Assembly: GCA_963677595.1 (NCBI GenBank)
Contig: OY782041.1
Location: forward strand, 3,200,001-3,264,000
Source: Spirochaetia bacterium
GTDB taxonomy: Bacteria; Spirochaetota; Spirochaetia; CAKZLE01
Reading direction: 5' to 3'
DNA: 64,000 nucleotides
Shown: positions 57,885-64,000 of the stretch, one piece after another
Position numbering within the stretch: position 1 is the stretch's first letter
Layout: every line of letters begins with the position of its first letter
Notes under the pieces: model-generated
Database searches by the model: none
What the model was told of the DNA's origin: nothing
What the model saw: only the letters and a program-made list of their open reading frames with translations
Position numbers and translations under genes: made by a program

Positions 57885-58945
57885 ATGGGAGAGAACGAGT
57901 ATTCAATGCAGTACATGGATATCCTGTGGACCACCCCGTTGCTGCGCCGTATATGGGGAATTTCTCAATCACTGCAGCACGAAAGAACCTCTCTTCCTGT
58001 TATGTGGACTCATCCAGCATGGCGGAGGCTCAACTGGCTGCATGGAACTTGTTCAGGCAGGATGTGATTGTGGTACAGTCAGACAACTACTACATGGCAG
58101 AGGCGTTTGGTGCCCCTGTCACATATGAAGAGGACGATCTGCCTTCCCTGATGGGACATGTCTGTACGACCACAGATGATGTCCTCGAACTCAAACCGAT
58201 AGAAAACGGCAACGGTGGCCGTATGCCGGTATATATAGAAGCCATAGCAAACATCCGAAAAGAGGTTGGGGATGCCGCAGCCATTCGAGGCTGCGGCACC
58301 GGCCCCTTTGTACTGGCAGGTCACCTGCTTGGGATTGAACGGCTCCTGCTCTGGATTGCAGAAACGGAAGCTGAGATCGTTGATCACTCGAAGGAGCTTG
58401 ACCACCTATTCCATGTCGGAGTTGAGACCCTCGTAGGATATGCTGCAGAACAATTGAAAGCTGGTGCGGATATCATCCAGCTCGCGGATTCATTAGCTTC
58501 ACTCAATGTGATCTCTCCAAAAGTCTACAGGAAATATGTATTTCCGTATGAGAAGGAGTTCTTTCGACAGATGAAGCCGTTATGTGCAACCTATGGGGCT
58601 ATGTCGCTGCTCCATATCTGCGGCGACAATACAAGCGTATTCGAAGACTATGCAACGGTTGGTGCGGATATCGTCGCTATCGACCATGCTGCTGACCTCT
58701 CTGAGGCTGTCAGGGTAATAAACGACCGGGCCGCGATAATTGGGAATATTGATCCTGCAGGGATCCTGCTCAACGGGACCCCGTCTGATACCTGCAAATT
58801 GGCATGTGCCTGTCTTGATGCTGTACTTCCCCATAGGTACCTGCTCGGGTCAGGTTGTGAATTGTCAGTCAGGACGCCGATAGAAAACGTAAAGGCGATG
58901 TTGGAGGCAGCGAGGATGTACACACCATGTGAGGCATTGAAATGA
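57881..58945 (+). CDS. Uroporphyrinogen decarboxylase/MtaA-CmuA family protein 2
   Basis: ERV...AEAFGA, GPF-x-LA, AGAD, ISP-x-x-Y, LHICG, GNIDP, LGSGCE...TP-x-EN. Confidence 0.82.
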   Translation: MNGRERVFNAVHGYPVDHPVAAPYMGNFSITAARKNLSSCYVDSSSMAEAQLAAWNLFRQDVIVVQSDNYYMAEAFGAPVTYEEDDLPSLMGHVCTTTDDVLELKPIENGNGGRMPVYIEAIANIRKEVGDAAAIRGCGTGPFVLAGHLLGIERLLLWIAETEAEIVDHSKELDHLFHVGVETLVGYAAEQLKAGADIIQLADSLASLNVISPKVYRKYVFPYEKEFFRQMKPLCATYGAMSLLHICGDNTSVFEDYATVGADIVAIDHAADLSEAVRVINDRAAIIGNIDPAGILLNGTPSDTCKLACACLDAVLPHRYLLGSGCELSVRTPIENVKAMLEAARMYTPCEALK

Positions 58946-60123
58946 GTAAGGAAACAAGCAGGGAGCTGCTCGAACGCGCTTTGGCTCATCAGGAATGCAG
59001 TCGAGTGCCGTATGATCAATCCAGCAGGTCTTCCGCAATTGAGGAAGAACCGTATATACGATTGAAACAGGCTTTGGGCTTGGAGACCGAAACCACCTGT
59101 TATCTTCGTTCGCATGCCGACATCGAGGAGCCGGTGAGAAACCTCCTTGGGATCGATACGGAATTTGTCCGTTGTTTTCCTGAACATCACTGGGTCAGAT
59201 CAGGGAAGCAGGGGAACTGTTTTACCGATGCCTGGGGTGTCCCATGGCTCCAGAGGGAAGACAGCTACTATTATGAGATAGATAGTTATCCCCTGAAGGA
59301 CACAGAATATACTGACATCCTATCACAGAAGTGGACTCCCCTCATATCGAAAGAGACTGCCGTGCAGTTGCGATGTAATGCAGAATTCCTGTATGAAGCC
59401 CATGACAGTGCCCTATTCTCCGATCAGATAGGGGCAGGGATCTTTGAACGGGCTTGGTACCTGCGGGGCCTCGAGCAGTTCCTCATGGATATGATGCTTG
59501 AGAAGAACCAGGTCCATAGATATCTGGAAAAGATACTGCAGCATCAAATGGAAGGGTATGCCACGCTCTTTGAAGCGGTCGGACCATACATAACAGGTAT
59601 CCTCCTTACCGATGATCTTGCCACGCAGGAGAGCCTCCTATTCTCTCGGGAACTGTATCGGGAAATGATATTTCCCTACCAGAAACGACTTCTTGAGTTC
59701 ATCAACGCATTCGGGAAGAAAGTCATCTTTCACAGTTGTGGTGCGGTTTCACCGCTTATCCCTGACCTGCTTGAGGCTGGGGTAGAGATCCTTCATCCAA
59801 TACAGCATTCAGCCAGGGGTATGAACCCGGTCCAGATAAAACATGAATACGGCAGGGACCTGACGCTCTGGGGGGCAGGGATGGATACCTCTGTACTCCA
59901 GACGGCTAGCCCTGAAGAGATTGAGTCCTCTGTTACGAGGGACCTGTACGAACTACAAAAAGATGGTGGGTTCGTCTATACCACGACCCATTGTATCCAG
60001 CCGGGAACACCTCCTGAGAACATCCTCGCGATGACAGCAGCATTACGGGGCAGTTCCCTCTCGGAGATGCTTGCCGAAGCTCCATTATGCGAACTGCTGG
60101 AAGGGGTGTCCCATGGCGAATAA
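58942..60123 (+). CDS. Uroporphyrinogen decarboxylase family protein 3
   Basis: RVP, D-x-WGV-x-W, FERAWYLRGLE-x-FLMD, DDLATQ, FHSCG, HCIQ-x-x-TPPENI. Confidence 0.82.
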   Translation: MSKETSRELLERALAHQECSRVPYDQSSRSSAIEEEPYIRLKQALGLETETTCYLRSHADIEEPVRNLLGIDTEFVRCFPEHHWVRSGKQGNCFTDAWGVPWLQREDSYYYEIDSYPLKDTEYTDILSQKWTPLISKETAVQLRCNAEFLYEAHDSALFSDQIGAGIFERAWYLRGLEQFLMDMMLEKNQVHRYLEKILQHQMEGYATLFEAVGPYITGILLTDDLATQESLLFSRELYREMIFPYQKRLLEFINAFGKKVIFHSCGAVSPLIPDLLEAGVEILHPIQHSARGMNPVQIKHEYGRDLTLWGAGMDTSVLQTASPEEIESSVTRDLYELQKDGGFVYTTTHCIQPGTPPENILAMTAALRGSSLSEMLAEAPLCELLEGVSHGE

Positions 60124-61213
60124 TCATATGGTTAGGGTGGACTGCATTGGCCTGAAGCATTTCTGTTGTGAGGTGTTCAAGAAGCTTGGTATGTCTGAAG
60201 GCCAGGCCGAGGACAGTGCAGATATCCTGGTATCTGCTGATATGCGGGGAATATCAAGTCATGGGGTTGCCCGCCTGTGGAGGTATGTGAATGGGGTCAG
60301 GAACGGCGTGATGGATCCCCATACAGAGAGTCGGGTCGTTCATGAGACTTCGATCTCCAAGGTCATTGATGCCCAAGGATCGATCGGTTTGAGCCTCAGT
60401 CGTAACGTCATGAAAGATGTCATACAGATGGCGAAAGGTTCAGGGTTCGCCGCGGCATCCGTACGGGATTCGAATCATTTCGGGATAGCGGGGTATTACG
60501 CCATGATGGGATTACCAGAGGATATGATCGGCATCGCAATGACCAATACTGCCGCTCTTGGTGTACCCACATTCGGGCGGGATGCCCAGTTCGGGACGAA
60601 CCCCTTGGCAATAGCGATACCTGCAGGGACGATGCCTCCCTTCGTCCTTGATATGGCTACCACCGTGGTCACGCGCGGCAAGGTTGAAAACTACAATCGG
60701 GAAGACACACCCCTGCCGCCAGGATGGGCAGTCAATACCCAAGGGGAATGTACCTCGGATGCGAGGGCTCTCCTGGAGGACATGTTGTATCAGAGAGGAG
60801 GGGGGATCCTCCCCCTTGGGGGGCTCGGGGAAGCGCTTGGCGGCCATAAAGGCTTCGGGCTGGGTGTCCTCGTTGATATTCTGAGTGCGGTCAGTTCCGG
60901 TGGAGTCTTCGGCAAGTCGGTCATGGACAGCAAGGAGACATCTGCCCGTGTCTGCCATTTCTTCGCTGCAATCAGGATCGATCTGTTCCGTGATCCTGAA
61001 GCCTTCAAATCGGATATGGACAGTCTACTGCGGGAGATCACAGAGGCGAGACCCGCAAAGGGCAGGGAACGAGTCTACTATGCAGGCCTCAAAGAGCATG
61101 AACATACCCTAAACAGTAGTAAGGACGGGATCCCGGTATCGGAGATTGTCTGGAATAATCTCGTGGAGATCGGGAGGGATTTACATATAAGCCTGCCTGT
61201 GCTGAAGAGTTGA
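60113..61213 (+). CDS. Ldh_2 family (malate/L-lactate/ureidoglycolate-type) oxidoreductase
   Basis: AD-x-RG-x-x-SHG, SNHFG-x-AGYY, GTNP-x-A, LDMATT, P-x-GG...GHKG-x-GL; likely start ATG 60113. Confidence 0.88.
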   Translation: MANNHMVRVDCIGLKHFCCEVFKKLGMSEGQAEDSADILVSADMRGISSHGVARLWRYVNGVRNGVMDPHTESRVVHETSISKVIDAQGSIGLSLSRNVMKDVIQMAKGSGFAAASVRDSNHFGIAGYYAMMGLPEDMIGIAMTNTAALGVPTFGRDAQFGTNPLAIAIPAGTMPPFVLDMATTVVTRGKVENYNREDTPLPPGWAVNTQGECTSDARALLEDMLYQRGGGILPLGGLGEALGGHKGFGLGVLVDILSAVSSGGVFGKSVMDSKETSARVCHFFAAIRIDLFRDPEAFKSDMDSLLREITEARPAKGRERVYYAGLKEHEHTLNSSKDGIPVSEIVWNNLVEIGRDLHISLPVLKS

Positions 61214-61284
61214 TATGGAAGCAAGGTCATCCCGGGTGCAGAACTATGTCCGGAATGACTTGAACATAATACATGGAGGATTTT

Positions 61285-62616
61285 ATGAAACGTTTTACAG
61301 GATTGCTTTGCATCCTCATGCTGGTTACCAGCTTGACTGCATTGTCTGCCGGGGGAGTGCAGGAGACAGCTTCTTCAAAGGTTGACCTGACGGTATGGTC
61401 TTACCCCAGATTCATTGAGACTGGGACAGATGGTGAAGCCCTTGAGTCAGGTAGTTTTGAGAAGAGGATCATCGCGGAATTCATGGAAGAGCACCCAGAT
61501 GTGACTGTTACCCTCGAGATGATCCCATACAGTGGTGGGCCTGAGAAAGTCAAGACTGCCATTGCCGGGAAGAACCCGCCGGATGTCTTGGTTGATTATA
61601 TTGGGAGAATTGCAGAGTACTCATTCATGGATGTGCTTGTACCCCTTGATGATATGCTCTCAGCAGAAGACCGTAGGGATATCCCGGAAAGCATTATCTC
61701 CCTGTGCTCGGTAGACGGCAGTCTGGTGATGTACCCATGGGGGTCCATGCCTATAGGGTGGATAGCAAATAAAGCACTCTTCGATAAGGCAGAGTCTGCT
61801 AGTCTGCTTCCCCTTGACCGGGAAAGCCGGGACTGGAGTATCGAAGAGGCTGAAGCGGCCATGACAGCTGTCGCCTCACTCGAAGACACCTATGCAATGG
61901 CTCTCTGGGCCAAGGATGAGCAGGCTGACTCTACGATGCGGCTGCTCCTTCAGAACTTTGGGGCGGATATCTACAATGCCGATTATTCCGGGATTGTCCT
62001 TGATTCCCCAGCTGGTGTAGAGGGACTGGAATGGATACTCGAGATGACTGATGCAGGGGTATTTGCACCGGGAGCTGAGAGCGCCTCATTCATGGACACC
62101 TTCAGCTTGTTCACTTCCGGGAAGACTGCTATCATGCCTCTTGGGACAGCGGCGATATTTGCCTATCTGGAGAACATGGTTGAGAACGGGGAGGTTTCCC
62201 GGGAAGATATGGATCCAGTCGTGATCGCTCCCCCTGTAAAGGCCGGGGTTGACTTGCGGACGGACGTTCAGGCTCATGGTATCTGTATCTTCGATAATGG
62301 TGACAAACAAGTCATCGAGATGGGGAAGCTGCTGACTGAGAAGATGGCTAAGGAGTATCAGCGGGAAGGGAACCTGTATGCAGGGACTTTTCCTGTGCGG
62401 AAATCTGAGAGTTCCCTTTATGAGAACCCAGAGGTTGCCATCCTCAAGTATATGATCCCAAGTGCATCAGAGACAGGGTTGAAAGCCCCCTACTATGCTG
62501 AGATGCGTGCATTCTTCTACCCGCAGTTCCAGGCTGCGCTTACCGGGCAGAAGAGTGCAGCTCAGGCTCTGCAGGATTTTGCGCAGAAAACAAACGAGAT
62601 GCTTGCTGAGAATTGA
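61285..62616 (+). CDS. Sugar ABC transporter substrate-binding protein
   Basis: GGAGGA RBS; signal peptide then AGGVQE; F-x-x-x-HP-x-V-x-V, A-x-x-x-PPDV, F-x-x-GK-x-A. Confidence 0.85.
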   Translation: MKRFTGLLCILMLVTSLTALSAGGVQETASSKVDLTVWSYPRFIETGTDGEALESGSFEKRIIAEFMEEHPDVTVTLEMIPYSGGPEKVKTAIAGKNPPDVLVDYIGRIAEYSFMDVLVPLDDMLSAEDRRDIPESIISLCSVDGSLVMYPWGSMPIGWIANKALFDKAESASLLPLDRESRDWSIEEAEAAMTAVASLEDTYAMALWAKDEQADSTMRLLLQNFGADIYNADYSGIVLDSPAGVEGLEWILEMTDAGVFAPGAESASFMDTFSLFTSGKTAIMPLGTAAIFAYLENMVENGEVSREDMDPVVIAPPVKAGVDLRTDVQAHGICIFDNGDKQVIEMGKLLTEKMAKEYQREGNLYAGTFPVRKSESSLYENPEVAILKYMIPSASETGLKAPYYAEMRAFFYPQFQAALTGQKSAAQALQDFAQKTNEMLAEN

Positions 62617-62687
62617 CAACTGAAGACGATGAGATCCTGAATGTCCATTGGACCATCTAGAGCGTGAGAAGAAGGAATGAACCAACT

Positions 62688-63608
62688 ATGTCGCTGATGA
62701 GACCGATTACGAATAGACAGTTACACAAAAACAGCTTGGCCCTGAGAATGAAAGGGGGACTGGCAGGGTACCTGTTTGTGCTTCCGGTCTTCCTCTTCTT
62801 CGCGCTCTTTGTCCTCTATCCCCTTGTTGGGGCTTGCAGGATGAGTTTGTTCAAAGAGACCTTCAGGACCTCGGAATTCATTGGATTACGGAATTACCTC
62901 AGGCTTTTTGGTGATGAAGTCTTCTGGTACTCCTTGAGGAATACCTTGTTCTTCGCTGCAGTGGTTGTCCCTGCTGCTGCGTGTTTTGGGCTTGTTACCA
63001 GTGCGGTGATCGTCCATATGAAAGAACGGCAGCAATCATTCTACCGAGGTGTCTTTTACCTTCCGGCAGTCTCATCAGTAGTTACGATCGCGATCATCTG
63101 GAAATGGATGTATCACCCTATTTATGGGATGATCAACGCCCTGATCGGCATCTTCGGTGCAGAATCAGTCAACTGGCTTGGTTCGCCGACCTATGCGCTC
63201 CCTGCATTGATGTTGGTCGTGTTCCTGTTCAATGTAGGACAGCCGGTTATCCTCTATACGGCTGCTATGGGAGGGATTCCTCCCGTCTACTATGAGGTCG
63301 CGACCTTGGAGGGTGCTTCCCCATGGCAGAAGTTCCTTTATGTGACACTGCAGTTCGTCAAGCCGACGACGCTGTATATCATTGTGATCTTGACGATAGC
63401 ATCGTTCCAGACGTTTGCAGTTGTCCAGCTGATGACTGGGGGAGGGCCGGCCTACTCCACTACGACTATCGTCTATCAGCTGTATAAAGCTGCTTTCACG
63501 TTCGGTGATTTTGGGAAGGCTTCGGCTTATGGAGTTATCCTGGCTTTGATCGTTGCCGGTATTTCCGTCATCCAATATCGATGGATGACCTCAGATATTG
63601 AATTCTAG
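62688..63608 (+). CDS. Sugar ABC transporter permease 1
   Basis: YLFVLP, FIGL-x-NY, R-x-x-FYLP, EAA-like YEVATLEGA, F-x-x-V-x-x-MTGGGP; start uncertain. Confidence 0.88.
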   Translation: MSLMRPITNRQLHKNSLALRMKGGLAGYLFVLPVFLFFALFVLYPLVGACRMSLFKETFRTSEFIGLRNYLRLFGDEVFWYSLRNTLFFAAVVVPAAACFGLVTSAVIVHMKERQQSFYRGVFYLPAVSSVVTIAIIWKWMYHPIYGMINALIGIFGAESVNWLGSPTYALPALMLVVFLFNVGQPVILYTAAMGGIPPVYYEVATLEGASPWQKFLYVTLQFVKPTTLYIIVILTIASFQTFAVVQLMTGGGPAYSTTTIVYQLYKAAFTFGDFGKASAYGVILALIVAGISVIQYRWMTSDIEF

Positions 63609-63615
63609 GAGAAGG

Positions 63616-64000
63616 ATGTTGAACACAGATACCAGATACAGCATACGATTCTTCAGCACGCGATTCCTGATGTTGGTTCTTGCTATACTCTTCCTATTCC
63701 CCTTCTATTGGATGGTAGCAATATCATTCAGATCCCAGCAATCGATCCTGCAGGTCCCGCCACAACTGATTGACACCGTATTGACCTTAGATAACTATCA
63801 AAGGCTCCTGAGAGCCCCCCATGTGCTGGTCTGGGTGTTCAACAGTTTCTTTGTCTCTATCGCTACCGTGCTGCTGGTCTGCATTACCTCAGCCCTTGCT
63901 GGTTATGGGTTTGCAAAAAAACAGTTTCCCGGTAAGCAGGTCATCTTCTGGACCATGATCGGGGCTATGGCACTGCCGAAACAGGTCCTGCTGGTTCCCC
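63616..64000 (+). CDS. Sugar ABC transporter permease 2 (3'-truncated by window)
   Basis: Own translation: MLNTDTR...LFPFYWMV...TLDNY...NSFFVS...AGYGFAK-x-x-FPGK...P; open to window end. Confidence 0.85.
   Translation, partial: MLNTDTRYSIRFFSTRFLMLVLAILFLFPFYWMVAISFRSQQSILQVPPQLIDTVLTLDNYQRLLRAPHVLVWVFNSFFVSIATVLLVCITSALAGYGFAKKQFPGKQVIFWTMIGAMALPKQVLLVP

Overview
Bacterial window, probably from a spirochaete. The inference rests on the many spirochaete-style lipoprotein signal peptides and an 'AGGVQE'-type sugar-binding-protein leader. About 1-45 kb is a surface-protein island. It holds a 5'-truncated giant acidic Ig-repeat protein and at least 8 lipoprotein genes that share one N-terminal beta-sandwich module: lipobox, first strand, exposed Arg/Lys, then G-x-W-x-I-x-V-x-A. 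These genes carry different C-terminal passengers (helical/unknown, FG-GAP propeller, LamG, fn3+discoidin, Big_2+DUF1566). Four of them form a tandem, mosaic paralog array. One paralog is split by an intact 1792-bp IS1634-like element (30-bp IRs, TTAAC duplication) and one is truncated and joined out of frame to a DUF1566 tail. The island also encodes a LolA-like/MMPL/beta-barrel triad, an AT-rich sub-island with an atypical NarL-type regulator, an LPP20/CsgG-like operon and an orphan DinJ antitoxin. 45-54 kb holds guaD, a degenerate ArsA-like ATPase, an odd SBP-family-5 lipoprotein and three tandem AAA_14/DUF4143 ATPase-nuclease genes. Each of the three is preceded by its own 31-33-bp-period AAAAA-N-GTG repeat set. 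54-64 kb is an uncharacterised carbohydrate catabolic cluster (FGGY kinase, DegT aminotransferase, three URO-D-family proteins, Ldh_2, sugar ABC transporter). The best candidates for an undescribed system are (i) the modular, possibly type-V-pilus-like lipoprotein family with its adjacent export triad and (ii) the repeat-preceded AAA/DUF4143 cassettes. All family assignments come from motif recognition by eye; no searches were run.
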